Counted from the whole stretch's first letter, positions 12,733-30,379 are shown. The stretch is DNA of 63,931 nucleotides, filler included, from Lenisia limosa (GCA_001655205.1; 13 parts of 13 records of this genome joined end to end with filler, not necessarily neighbours in it); one strand, 5' to 3'. The notes: generated by a model from the sequence alone, not told the origin. Translations and numbers: made by a program.

Positions 12733-13920
12733 ATTTAGAATGGGGCTCGGTCGAAAATCAGCCCCGAATTTCTACGATGTCGCTGACATGCATGTTGAGA
12801 AGAACGTCTGGGACAATCACCTTAGTGACCTGAAAAGCACCGATATTTGCACCGATTTTTTAAATCTTCCTCCTGATTGGACATATAAAATGTCCTTGTT
12901 TCAGGTATACTTCCAACCCCAAGCGGATTGCTGTGTTCATCCCTCCCACCATCCTTTCGTTGTCAATTTCAAAGAATTCAACAGAATGTGAAAGTAGGAA
13001 GCAGTATGGTTGATGTCAAGCTAGCTGGAAAGAAGCAAGTTCGCCCTTCTTTGCCAATGAAGACGCTTGATGCTGGAAGAGAAATAATTCGTCAACACAA
13101 ACTGGTATGTGAGTAGTTTTACTGATTTTTGTTAGATGGGCATAAAAACTGATGTAAATGTACTCACGCAATGAAAGAAGTTGGCGAGCAGGGTAGGAAG
13201 TGAAAGTTCGACAAGGAAGCTGTTAGCGGAATTCTTTAATACAAGTGATCTTGATTACCAGCGACAACGGGCAACAAATGTAGGATTTCATTCAATTATG
13301 ACATTTTCTCTATCATTTTCACCTTTCCAGCCCTAAAATTGTGCTAAGAATGAAAAAAAATTCAATCTGCATCGAGAATAGCGGCTAACTGTCAAACTGC
13401 TGTTGAGTCTTCAAGATAAAAAAAATCCTGAAATTCAAACAAAGTGGGCGATGGGTAGTGTGGTAATAGTCGCTCACCAAATAATTATCAATCCAAATTT
13501 GATTCTTTTTTAAAAGCCCAAGGGCATCTATCAAGATGTTCAATGTTGCAAGCACTGCGGAGCTGTGTGTCGCTCGAGTTATTACAATGGCAAGATACGG
13601 ATTTGACGAAGATTTGAAAAAGGTTTGAGTGATGGGTATTTAATTTTTAAAACAATTTTCAAAGCTTAATGTGTCTCATTTGTGAAGCGGAAGAATTTGG
13701 AAAAGAGGAACTGGATGATTTTTACTAACCATTTGGGCCCGATATCTACCGCCTTCTGGGACCTGGCTTTACACTCATTTCCGATGTGACAAAGTAAGAT
13801 CTATTTTTTGTTGACATATCAGTATACTCATGCTCTCAGCGGGATCAGAAAGTTGAAGGATAATTTGAAACTTAAGACCCCAAAGGCACCACAAGCCAAA
13901 AAAAAGCCAAAGAAAAGGGG
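12733..13920 (+). pseudogene. Degenerate intron-containing gene with Cys/His motifs
   Basis: AG/GT-bounded blocks MGLGRKSAPNFYDVADMHVEKNVWD, DGHKN*CKCTHA, P*NCAKNEKKFNLHRE*RLTVKLL, VQCCKHCGAVCRSSYY, EELDDFY*PFGPDIYRLLGPG, with scattered single in-frame stops. Confidence 0.45.
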
Positions 13921-14789
13921 TTCTCATTGTGTGCTTTTATTGAAATAATTATTCTTGCAAGGAAATTCAGAGTTAAATGAATGTTTCTGAGACATGTGTA
14001 CAATACATAAAAAGAAGCAAATTTTGAAAATATTAATTAATCCAAGGTTTATGCGGAGCAGCCTATACTACGTATATCATATGATATACTATACTATTAT
14101 AGTATACTATATGATATGCTTTCAACACTAAACGGGTATTTCAATCTGAGCTTTCTGTAATGTATGGAAACGTTTGACCTCTGATTCATCTGTGTAAGAG
14201 TCGTCCCATTTGAGGAATTATTTCCTCTGCTTTTTCTCATTACCAAATACTCTACCTTGCCATTAGCCCAGCTTTCGTCACCATTGATCGTCCTGTTTGT
14301 CCCTTAGCCAACATTTCGCGGTATTTCTTCGTTACTTTTTAGGGTGACATTAACTGCCCGCTCAGCTCGGCTGTTTTCCAGCTCCCTAACCCAATAGGCG
14401 TGTGGTCCAGCGTGGCTGACGATTGGAGCAGACATCTCTCAATTTCTTGTGAGTGCCTGAGTCCAACGCTGGCGTGTGGTATCTGACTGTGTCGCCTTCG
14501 AACTATTGGCAGATAACCTAGCAATGTATGAGCGGAAGTCCTCGTCGAACGTCAATCAGGTATACAAACACTTGATTCTGACATGTTAAACTAAGAGTGT
14601 AGAACAACATTTAGTTTGAGTTGTGTTACTTCCAAACCATGGTTAATTATACATACGTATGTATGTATGTGTTATATCATATCCACGAGTTGATATGGCG
14701 GAGTAAATTTTTTTAATGGTCTCTAGTATGTAAAAAAGAGGGCCATCTTATTTAGACCTTGTGTAACAGGATCTTATCTGTATATGTAG

Positions 14790-15645
14790 GTCCCATGACC
14801 GCTCCTCACCTCTTTGTGTCGACCACGGCTGCTTTGATGAGATCATGATGCCCATGGCCCTTCTCAGTAAGGTGTCAACATGGTCAGGTCACCTGTCAAA
14901 AGAAGCCAATTTCTTCGGGCATCTGGGGGAGAAGGTGATTACGTCTTTGACTCCTCTTTCCATCAGCGAGCACGTTCTAAAGCTCGTCAAGACCCTCACT
15001 GCTGAAGGTCACATCATTGCTCTTGACAACCTGTTTACTTCGACTACGCTCTTCAAAACCCTCAAGGCTCAAGGCATCAACGCATGGGGCACGAACCGCA
15101 ACGCAAGAGGCGCCCCCTACACCTAGTAAGAAGCCAGCTCATTCCTCGATAAGAAAGGTAAACAACATCGAGATGTGATATCCACTGGAGCTGCTGGCTG
15201 GATGGAGGGCCCACAACAATGATGACAACTTTTGGTGATGACATCCGCTCCACATCAGTCAAGCGTCGCGAGCCTGACTGTCATGACCGAGTTGTATGAG
15301 GGATGTTAATGAATTTTTTATGATTATGGCTTTGTTCATATTTCATTGCTTTTGACCGTTTTCGCTGTTGTACAACCTGATTATGGTGTTGATCTCACCG
15401 ATGCTCTTCCCCTTTTGTAAGGGGGGACTTATCTTATGTGTTAATTACAAATCTGTTTAATTTTTAATATTGAAAATTTGGCACCACCTCAAACTCGGCG
15501 AAGATGTGCATTGCACTACATAATTGACCAATCCATGCTCAATGTGTAATTGCCTACTCTGACTTCCTCTCCTCTGCAGGACGCCCAGGTATTGACCGCA
15601 AGAGCTACCACATGCGTGTCACCGAGTCCCTTGTCGGCATGTCAC
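14790..15645 (+). mobile_element. piggyBac-type transposase relic (DDE_Tnp_1_7)
   Basis: EHVLKLVKTLTAEGHIIALDNLFTSTTLFKTLKAQGINAWGTNRN matches the piggyBac DN.FTS..L...L...G..A.GT.R motif. Downstream YN...GVDLTD and HYIIDQSMLNV motifs follow, with stops and frameshifts. TIRs not found. Confidence 0.85.
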
Positions 15646-15929
15646 CCTTCTCAACCCATCAACCTAAAACTCAATTATATGAGAATATGCAGTAAATGAT
15701 ACACTAGATCATATAAACGATATAATTCTCACTTTCAACAATAACTTTTTTTTTTTCGAAAATGATATGAGGGACCAATATGGTCCACTTCCATGCTCCT
15801 CATAAGGATACAGTTTGATGTTTGTCTCGTTTTCTAGTTCCTATTCGTTATCCTGGTATGACATCTCTTGAATGACCACCTTAATTTACACTGTAAAAAG
15901 AGGGAAAGGAAAGAAAAAAAAAAAAAAAA

Positions 15930-17480
15930 GTTAAATTTTATAGGCCATCTTTTTGCAATGCTCTGAGCCTGTTTGTTAGACCTTGCCTTTCTTGTGCTCA
16001 TGTACTTGCTTCGGATACTCTCTGCACTGCCAGAAATGACCCCATCAGCCGACTACTTTAATTGTGATCATAGTACCAACTTATAAACATTGGTGACATA
16101 GCCTACCAAGTTGCGCAATAATTGCCTTGGACGGCTTCGACATGAAATTCAGAATATCAATTCTGTCTGAGTATCCAAAAACAATAAATGTTGCGATTTG
16201 GGAAGGGAGAATGTTGTAGCATTGAATGTCACCATCGCCAATGTTTATGCAGCAAAGCAACGCTTAAAAATGGCCTTGGAAGAACCTTAAGGACAATAGA
16301 AAGGCTCTTGAATTGTTATTACTGGTTTTTGTTTTTGATTGGATTGGTATGAAGCCAGTAAAACTTTTAGAAATTCAGAACTTTCCTTGCATAATATAAT
16401 CATTATATCTGGCTCTTTCAGCATAAAGTAGTTCTATCGTCAGGCCAAGGCTGGATGAACTTGTAGTTGGTTAAGTCCCCTGTGAAAGATATTGGGTGGG
16501 TGATCAGTGGGGCTTCTCTTCGGTTCAAAAAAGACCGGTAAAATGTCGATAGTTTTCGAGGATTTATCGAGAAATTCAGTCTTTTTTCGAACCGAAGTGA
16601 AGCCCTAGTGATCAGGAATAGAGAAACTCTCATGTGTACATGTACATCTGCGCAATAAAACAGTCGTTTTGAGTGTAGGGAGAGGCACGACTGAGTTGCT
16701 CGATTATAAAACTCAATTTAATTATTGATATTAATAATGTCTCAGTTTTTTATACATGTATTTGTTGAACATAAATTTCGGAGAAAGTTGTTTGCTGTGG
16801 AGCAAAAAAATAAAATAAATGTTGAAGTGATTATTTCATATCATAGTATCATATTTAAGCTTACTTTTGGGGACAAATGAGAATACTAATTATTCAATGT
16901 TATGATTAATGGATACTCTAAAAATTATTATTCAACCACCGCATGTTTTGAGTTCCTCGAACCTTTTACGTAAACATGTACACAGGGGAAGTGTGTCGAG
17001 CTGTAGGTTTTAACAGTCTCAGGATAACGAAGTTCCTTCGAAAATTCAAATAGATATATTAAGGCAACGCAAGTTGGACTATTCGTAAGTGGTATTGCTT
17101 ATTTTTTTTTGTTGCAAAGTGAAATGCAACATGCAATAAGAGGTGTAAATCTCTTGAGAAATTTGAACATTATCCATACTTCTTCATATTTTATTGTTAC
17201 AAAGCCACTTCTAACTTATTCAAGTCAAGATTATCATAAAATCACACAAATAGCAAGATTTAATCTGATTTTGAAGCCGTAGGCCGTAAAAAGAGGGAGA
17301 GGAATGAAAAAGAAAAGAAACTTTCCGACCCCCCTATCGGCTTTTTAGCTCTGAGCCAGTTTGTTTCACCTTTTTTAAATTGTTACATATCATAGCATGT
17401 TTGAAATGATTTACGCTGACATAAACCTTAAACCGAGATTGGAATGGTCAGGGGAGGTAGCGATAGCATGTTCCTTAAGA
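15930..17480 (-). other. Scattered exon-like segments of an unidentified gene
   Basis: Short AG/GT-bounded open blocks (SADGVISGSAESIRSKYMSTRKARS, RIDILNFMSKPSKAIIAQL, EHAIATSPDHSNL) that I could not assemble. Confidence 0.2.
16508..16607. mobile_element. ~100-bp hAT-type MITE
   Basis: TIR TAGGGCTTCACTTCGGTTCGAAAA (left end slightly decayed). Perfect 8-bp TSD GTGATCAG at 16500-16507 and 16608-16615. Confidence 0.9.
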
Positions 17481-18213
17481 AAAAATATGCTCATCGTAAA
17501 ATACATTCAGTAGACTTAGGGGGGGGGGGNNNNNNNNNNNNNNNNNNNNNNNNNNNNNNNNNNNNNNNNNNGCTTTACAACAGAATAACTGTCATAGAAT
17601 CTCCAGTTAATAAGAGGAGACATTAACTCTTTTCTATCTGTTGAGGTTGGTGTGTAATCTCAACCACTTTGTATTATTTACTATAGTCAGCTGTCTGCTG
17701 AAATGGCTCTTTAATCATTGTTATGTGTAATATATTTTCTAAATTTGATTCAACAAGGATTTAAATTTACAACAATTTCGAAATATGATTTTTCCTCTCA
17801 ATAATTAAGGTATTTTTGAAGATAAGTTGAGAAAATTTCAAAAAGCTCTCACGTTTTCGGTAGTGCTCGCGTTTTTGGGCTTTTCATATAGTATATATGA
17901 TATTTTTACATGGTATTATATACGACTACCCAAAAATAAACACAATAGTATATGATATAAAATAAACACAAATAGTATTATATTATATCGAGAAATAGTA
18001 TATATATCACACCGTCCGTCCATATATCTGTGAATTTTCCTCTATCTGTGAAAGCAAGCCAAATGAACATTTACTTTGATAGAATAAGTTGAGTATTACA
18101 GTANNNNNNNNNNNNNNNNNNNNNNNNNNNNNNNNNNNNNNNNNNNNTTAATTAATTAANNNNNNNNNNNNNNNNNNNNNNNNNNNNNNNNNNNNNNNNN
18201 NNNTGAACCATAC

Positions 18214-23152
<4,939 letters not shown>

Positions 23153-23427
23153 NNNNNNNNNNNNNNNNNNNNNNNNNNNNNNNNNNNNNNNNNNNNNNNN
23201 NNNNNNNNNNNNNNNNNNNNNNNNNNNNNNNNNNNNNNNNNNNNNNNNNNNNNNNNNNNNNNNNNNNNNNNNNNNNNNNNNNNNNNNNNNNNNNNNNNNN
23301 NNNNNNNNNNNNNNNNNNNNNNNNNNNNNNNNNNNNNNNNNNNNNNNNNNNNATTGGAAAATTTAAGAGACGAAATCAGCTCTATATAGATGACTAACAA
23401 GGTGCTATGGTTAATAGATAACGATGT

Positions 23428-23577
23428 TGGTGAGGCACATAGAAAGCTGTGTGCACAGCGCTGTTAGGCAAATGATTGGGTGAATCAATATGAATAATAT
23501 ACTATAATCCAGTATCTCATAATCGTGATGGTGTGGGCGGCTTCGGCCAGATACAACCTTATTTCATATCGTTTTCA
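23428..23577 (+). repeat. Family B ~170-bp interspersed element
   Basis: Shares GAGGCAC..AGAAAGCTGTGTGCACAG..GGCAAATGATTGGGTGAAT..ATCTC..GTGATGGTGTGGGCGGCTTCGGCCAGATACAACCTT with 12 other loci. Confidence 0.85.
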
Positions 23578-23677
23578 NNNNNNNNNNNNNNNNNNNNNNN
23601 NNNNNNNNNNNNNNNNNNNNNTTAATTAATTAANNNNNNNNNNNNNNNNNNNNNNNNNNNNNNNNNNNNNNNNNNNN

Positions 23678-24690
23678 CGGTACGGGCGACAGTGTTTGCT
23701 CCGGACCAGCCCCCGCCAGGAGTGGTAGCCCCTGAAGTGCCCGGGGCCATTTCGAAGTCTCCTTTCATCCATGTTTGGGGATAGAAGACATCCCGTGCCC
23801 AACCCTCCATTAAATCAACTTCCACACACCACACCCCGGTTGATTTTGGGCTTCTTTTTTTTTTTTTTNNNNNNNNNNNNNNNNNNNNNNNNNNNNNNNN
23901 NNNNNNNNNNNNNNNNNNNNNNNNNNNNNNNNNNNNNNNNNNNNNNNNNNNNNNNNNNNNNNNNNNNNNNNNNNNNNNNNNNNNNNNNNNNNNNNNNNNN
24001 NNNNNNNNNNNNNNNNNNNNNNNNNNNNNNNNNNNNNNNNNNNNNNNNNNGGGGAGGGTCCTTTTAAGTAAAACAACAACTATTCACTCCTTTGTTGACT
24101 CAGGCGGTCTTGTGGCTGATTATTATAATCCCTAGATCTATAGCCCTTTGATCATCCAAGATTGACGTTTGACCGTTTTAGCGGTTCCTTCCTGATAACA
24201 TGACTATCCCTTGTGTGCATGCCGCTTTGGTTAACCCTGATTGGAGTNNNNNNNNNNNNNNNNNNNNNNNNNNNNNNNNNNNNNNNNNNNNNNNNNNNNN
24301 NNNNNNNNNNNNNNNNNNNNNNNNNNNNNNNNNNNNNNNNNNNNNNNNNNNNNNNNNNNNNNNNNNNNNNNNNNNNNNNNNNNNNNNNNNNNNNNNNNNN
24401 NNNNNNNNNNTGCCATATCTTCTGTCTTGACACGCAGACACGGTCCTCTGTAGCGCCAATATGAGTACAACGCGAGATGTGCGGAACCCTTTCTTCAAGG
24501 GGAGATTGCAAGTGGCCCAGGTGAGGAGCGGGGATCTTTCGGAGTTGTGTCTGTCAATTTCGTTTCCTTGTAATCAAAAATAATATTTTACTTCACCCTC
24601 ACCCTCCCAGCCCTACTTCGACCCCGACACGTGCCTGCTGCTCACTCTCGTCACCATAGATCCCCAAACATTGTGGGAGCGGTGTTATTT
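23678..24690 (+). CDS. Hypothetical protein fragment (multi-exon, gapped)
   Basis: Open exon-like blocks VRATVFAPDQPPPGVVAPEVPGAISKSPFIH, RFLPDNMTIPCVHAALVNPDWS and PYFDPDTCLLLTLVTIDPQTLWERCYLERM with GT/AG ends. Confidence 0.4.
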
Positions 24691-24987
24691 GGAGAGGATG
24701 GGTGTGTCCGTCTGTCATTTCTGATTTACCCGTCTTTTTTTTTATTCCACACATATATTAAACTGTTTTTGCTATCCAGTATATCTCCTTAAATTTCTAT
24801 TTATCAAAAAGGCTTCAAAAAACTTTCGCTTCTCAGTTAGAACTCTATATATATATCCTAAAAATTTTACTTTGACAAGATTTTGAAATCAACTTTTGAA
24901 ATGACATAAAAAGCAAATCACCCCGAAGATGGGTAACCAAAGTCAAGATAATTTTACTTGTAATTCTGCAAAATAAACACAATATGC

Positions 24988-25111
24988 TATATAGCAATCA
25001 GAAATAAAGATGTATCTGGCCGAAGCCGTCCACACCAGCTCATATTAATTCACCCAATCATTTGCCTTACAACTCTGTGCACACAGCTTTCTGCGTGCCT
25101 CCCCAGCATAC
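24988..25111 (-). repeat. Family B element (GTATG orientation on minus strand)
   Basis: Reverse complement GTATGCTGGGGAGGCACGCAGAAAGCTGTGTGCACAGAGTTGTAAGGCAAATGATTGGGTGAATTAATAT...GGCTTCGGCCAGATACATCTTTATTTCTGATTGCTATATA. Confidence 0.9.
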
Positions 25112-25181
25112 AAAATAGCTTTTGGGGATATTGAGAAAGTCAGCATTTTTGAACAGAATTGAAGACCAAGATAAAACAAAC

Positions 25182-28100
25182 CATTTGAGGGGGCAGAAGT
25201 AGCAACGTTCTTATAGTCGAGGCAGTACTGATCATAATCGAGTGTAGACGTCCACATAAGAAGCTAAATAGTGGTAATGAGACAAATGTACTGTGGTGAA
25301 ATATTCAAAATATAGCACAGAAAAATGCACTGTTGAAAAACGTAGCATAAACAAATATTCCTTTGGAAAATATAACATAGAAAAAAGACGACCACAGGAA
25401 TGTGGACCAATAGAAAGATAATGTCAAGAATCAACGAATCATATATGTGGGTCCTCAAAGCTCCGGACATCATTCAAAATTCCCGGACACATCAAAANNN
25501 NNNNNNNNNNNNNNNNNNNNNNNNNNNNNNNNNNNNNNNNNNNNNNNNNNNNNNNNNNNNNNNNNNNNNNNNNNNNNNNNNNNNNNNNNNNNNNNNNNNN
25601 NNNNNNNNNNNNNNNNNNNNNNNNNNNNNNNNNNNNNNNNNNNNNNNNNNNNNNNNNNNNNNNNNNNNNNNNNNNNNNNNNNNNNNNNNNNNNNNNNNNN
25701 NNNNNNNNNNNNNNNNNNNNNNNNNNNNNNNNNNNNNNNNNNNNNNNTCCTCGGAGTAATTGGTTCTGGATTCCCCCTTGCTTTGGCTATGTAATGGTGA
25801 ATTTTGAGGGAAAAATGCTAAAAATAGCACTGTCTACAGGGCCATTTATTCCTTGAATGTGGCCTTTTATAACGGTTTTTGCTTGTTTTTGACCGTTTTT
25901 GGACCGTAAATAGAGAGCTTAGGGACTTAATTTGGTTTTGACCCGCTAATATGTTAAATTGGGGCTTCATTATTTAATTAAGATTGAGATTACTTTCAAA
26001 AACAGAAGGGAAATGGGGTTTCTGGGAGGTTTATGGTGATTTTGTATGGAAAACTCAAGCTGTCCGGGAGTTTTGATGTGTCCGGGAATTTTGAATGATG
26101 TCCGGAGCTTTGACTATACATACTATATATAGCAATGAGAAATAAAAAATAAGGTTGTATCGAATATATCATACCAGTAACCAGAGCAATGATAACAATA
26201 ATACGAGAGGAGATCGACATGGTTTGAAGACGAAGCTACAACCAATTGCATCTTGAAAAAAGATATTGGGCAGCTTGTTTGCTAGAATAAAAATCCACCA
26301 ATTTTGTGACATCACCCACTTCATCAGCATGCTCCTCGAAATCCGGGTGTTGCTCCGGGTTCTCAATCCCCTCAGCAGGTAGCACCGAACCAGGTGCTAT
26401 GCCTTCTCGATATAGTCTCTTCAACCATTCAATCTTCTTCTTTTTACGGGATAGTCGTACCTATAAGTGGTCAACATCAAAAAAATGGAATCTGAACACA
26501 TGCATATCATATGCTGGGGAAAATAAAAAAAAGTAGTTTCAGGCCAAACAGTGTTGGGATTCCAGTATGATAAAAATACCCCCAATCATTTGCCCTACAC
26601 CTCTGGGAACTCAGCGATTAAAAAAGAAAAACACAAAAGATAGTCATAATGCAAATATGAATTGCCTTACGTCATCAATTTTCTTCATTTTGGCAGCCTT
26701 CTCTTTCTGAAGAGCCAAAACAATGTCTTTCTGAGGCGGTCAAAAGAGGAAAGCTATGTCCTGTATCCAAGGGAGTATCCAGTGAGCGTAGAGAGACTGG
26801 GCTTATATTTCCAACTCTGCGTATTAAAATGTTAGCTCCACCTTCCCCACCTGTGAGGGAGCTTCAAAGGCAGCATGCGACTCTTCTAAAGAAAAATCGC
26901 CAACTGTATGGGTGAATAGGTTCTTGAAATATTAAAATGATCATAAGAGTATATCATTGACCGACCCATTAATAAGGATATCAAATAGGTTTAAGACCTT
27001 CACCATTCTTAATTATGTCATTCTGCCTAGTAACCCTCAACCTGGCAAAAAAAACACCTCTGCCTCCACCCCCAAACCTGTAACACCTCACAATATCATA
27101 TTAAAGCTTGAATTTGGGATAATTCTTACATAATCACTGTTGCGTTCTGCACTACTCTTCGCCTCAAAAAATAATCTATCAGCCCCACGCGTGATTTCTT
27201 TTTCCTAATTGAGTGCTATCCAATCATCTCACAGCAAAAACCTGTGACTCCTCCACCCACAGCAATCCCCCCACAAACCTGTGCGCCAGGTGTTATTTTC
27301 AACCCTCTGGTACCACTCCTTGTTGCGAGAATTCTGAACCGCTTGTCGGACATTTGCTGGGGGGGGGGGGNNNNNNNNNNNNNNNNNNNNNNNNNNNNNN
27401 NNNNNNNNNNNNNNNNNNNNNNNNNNNNNNNNNNNNNNNNNNNNNNNNNNNNNNNNNNNNNNNNNNNNNNNNNNNNAGTCAGTCAGTTATTGTAGCTCAT
27501 ACCGGGTCGGATTAAAAACAATAATAAAAAAAATCAAGCAGGGAGCAACACAATGGCAGCCCAACCAACACGCAGTGAAACTTTCAAGCTTGAGAGGCTG
27601 TGAGACCTTGGCGTTATCCCCATGCTTTGCTTTAGACTGAGCTTCTTGGAAGTAATCTCGCGGAGCAAAAGCGTTGATATCCACAAGCGGTCGATGTGTG
27701 AAGATCTGGAGGGGGGGGGGGTAAANNNNNNNNNNNNNNNNNNNNNNNNNNNNNNNNNNNNNNNNNNNNNNNNNNNNNNNNNNNNNNNNNNNNNNNNNNN
27801 NNNNNNAAAACTCAACTTCATCATAAAAAGCGTAACAAAATATCTGTAAAATACTCCCAGAGCCTGACCTTATAGAGAATGTTTGGTGGGAATTTAGCAC
27901 CCCCTAATCGGAAACGAATATGAATACCCTGAAAAGTGAACATGAAGCAGAACATCAATAAAAACAAAGCCATTTGGCACATGTATAGAAATAAATGAGT
28001 ATCAATACAGACAGCCCCCCTCCCCACCGCCGCCACGTCTATGAACTCGGCTTCGGTCGGGTTTATAGACCTCAGCAGCATTCCTGGGTCTACGTTTTCA

Positions 28101-29480
28101 TGGTATCTAATAAGGTCCCGATAATACTGGAACACTTGACGATCCTGGATCAGAAGTAAAACAAGCTCTACTACGTTTGCTTATATCAGCCCAAGAAAAA
28201 TTCTTGAAAATAAAGAACTCGTAGATATCGTAATGATACTATATTGCCTTCTGAAAGTCTCACCATTTAATCAACATTGTCAATATCTTCCCCATCTCAC
28301 AGCGAAACTTCTCCAGGCTCTTTGGATGGTAATGACGTTTCTCCATACCCGCATTTTCCATAGAAGCTCTGCTGAATCCACCCTAATTAATATTGTTAGC
28401 TCGGTTACATACGGGATGAAGAAATGGGACCGATGCGGAGTATCTGGCCGAAGCCGACAACACCATCGCGTTTAATTAAAATAGGTTACAATTAATTCAC
28501 CTCTTGTCCAAATAACAACAGGAAATATTATTCATAAGGCGGATGCATTTGATGAACAAATACATATTGACAAAAGAAGGTTGAAGGTACCCATTTCATA
28601 GAGAATGACAGAATATTACTTACTTACACCTATTTGCCCTACCAGATACTCTGTATGATGAAGGCAGCAACTTCCACCACCTCTCTCTAAAGGGGTGAAA
28701 GACACAACATTACTAAGCAATAGTGGAAAATAAGATTATATCATATCACATTCTGAGTCATTTCAACGAGTGTAAACTATCATTTTCCACGTAGTGATAT
28801 GATACCTCGTTTGTATCCTCCGTAATGAGTCTTGTCAGATTTTATGCAGCGAAATCTGTTTGTAAAGCACCAACCATAAAGGCGCTAGGAATAATCTGAA
28901 GATGTCTCAACAGCTCCTTCTGACAAGGCCCCCGTCTAACGGCAAAACCCCGCCAATAGCGCTGGATTGTCACCGTCGCTAACACCATCCGAAGGAGAAC
29001 AAAAGGTGATGTACTGCTGAGAATGGCCTGGGGTGTTAGTGTCATGGGGTGTGGGGGTATTTGTGGTGCCTATTATAGTAGGATGTTTATCAAGACACGA
29101 GGAATTCAGTCACATTTGTACCTACCATTCGAGACGCAAGAGTTCTGTTGAACGCTAGGAAGGGGGAAACGGAAGAGGGGGCATATCGGGTACCTGGATA
29201 GTAAGGAATGTGTCTGAAACAGAAGAACCGATAAAAAGAAAAGAAAAGCTATTGTAGGAAAGCAAGCCATAGGTAAACACAGAAGAACATTGAGGAATTG
29301 ACTCGTGAAGTAGCAAATAGCCTAGGATAGCAGGAAGACAAGTGTAATAGAGCAAAAGAATCACCTTCTCCAACCTCCCCTCATGATTTTCCCGCCCTCG
29401 TTATTTACCCCCTACCACTAGTAGCCGCAGTGACAGCCCGAAGAATAGCACTCCGATCACGGACCTGGAACCCCTTCATT
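25182..29480 (-). CDS. C11orf65: C11orf65/MFI-like IQ-motif protein, apparently with extra N-terminal IQ exons
   Basis: Exons NVITIQRAWRSFA, DRQVFQYYRDLIRYHENVDPGMLLRSINPTEAEFIDVAA, GIHIRFRLGGAKFPPNILYK, IFTHRPLVDINAFAPRDY, EWYQRVENNTWRT and LLMWTSTLDYDQYCLDYKNVATS match the recalled C11orf65 sequence. The 5' boundary is uncertain. Confidence 0.8.
25455..26113. mobile_element. ~660-bp non-autonomous TIR element in a C11orf65-like intron
   Basis: Perfect 43-bp inverted repeat at 25455-25497 and 26071-26113 (TCAAAGCTCCGGACATCATTCAAAATTCCCGGACACATCAAAA), with internal TCCGG(A/G) subrepeats. Interior partly N. Confidence 0.8.
27090..27228. repeat. 139-bp dispersed direct repeat, copy 1
   Basis: Near-identical (roughly 95% by eye) to 30241-30379. 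Confidence 0.9.
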
Positions 29481-30240
29481 CCTGCCCAAAGGGCTGTCTG
29501 TTGATGGTGAACAATTAACAAGCAGATGAAACACGAACTGTGAAGCATAACAAAATTGAAATATATGCGACCCTTTTAATACAATTCCTTCCCCAATATT
29601 CCATACTAACCCTTTGAGAGTACCAAAAGAGACCTAGCCTCCAAGCTTGGACTTTTGTAGTAGCAACTTGTAGTAACGACTTGTTGCTCCAATTCCCCAC
29701 TGTTCCGCTTTCCCCTTTTATAAAAATCACACAAATCTGTTTACAGGGAGCAAGGAGACAATGTGACGGGGAGAGGGGCGAGGGGGTGTAAAAGCAAAGA
29801 CTAATATGCAGAATATTATCACAAATTAATACTATATATTATAATATGTACTTAATAAATTCTAATTCTGGGTGCTTTGATTCTATTATACAGTCAAAAT
29901 AAATCGGATGTTTCGTAATTTTTCCTTATCCCCAAAAATCATTTCTACTCTTGGGCCTCTTTACAATATTATTTCTTGCTTTTTTGTGTGTGGTGTAAGA
30001 TTTTATGAGCAAATATCCTTTTTGTTTCAATCGTGTCCCGCTTGTCTTCTAACGAACCACCCTCTGAGCAATCCCAGCTGTCTAGAAAGCATTATTGTCT
30101 AATTTGAAGTTCCTTAGGCTGTTTTAGTCACAAATCACGCGATGGCTCCCAAAGCTTCTGTTTTGACCCAGGTTAGTTCATGTTTAGATCTCATTGCGCC
30201 CAGTAACCCGTTTCCAACAACTCTATTCTTTATAATTACT

Positions 30241-30379
30241 ACAATATCATATTAAAGCTTGAATTTGGGATAATTCTTACATCATCACTGTTGCGTTCTG
30301 CGCTACTCTTCGCCTCAAAAAATGATCTATCATCCCCACGCGTGACCTCTTTTTCCTAATTGAGTGCTATCCAATCATC
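30241..30379. repeat. 139-bp dispersed direct repeat, copy 2
   Basis: Near-identical to 27090-27228, same orientation. Confidence 0.9.
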
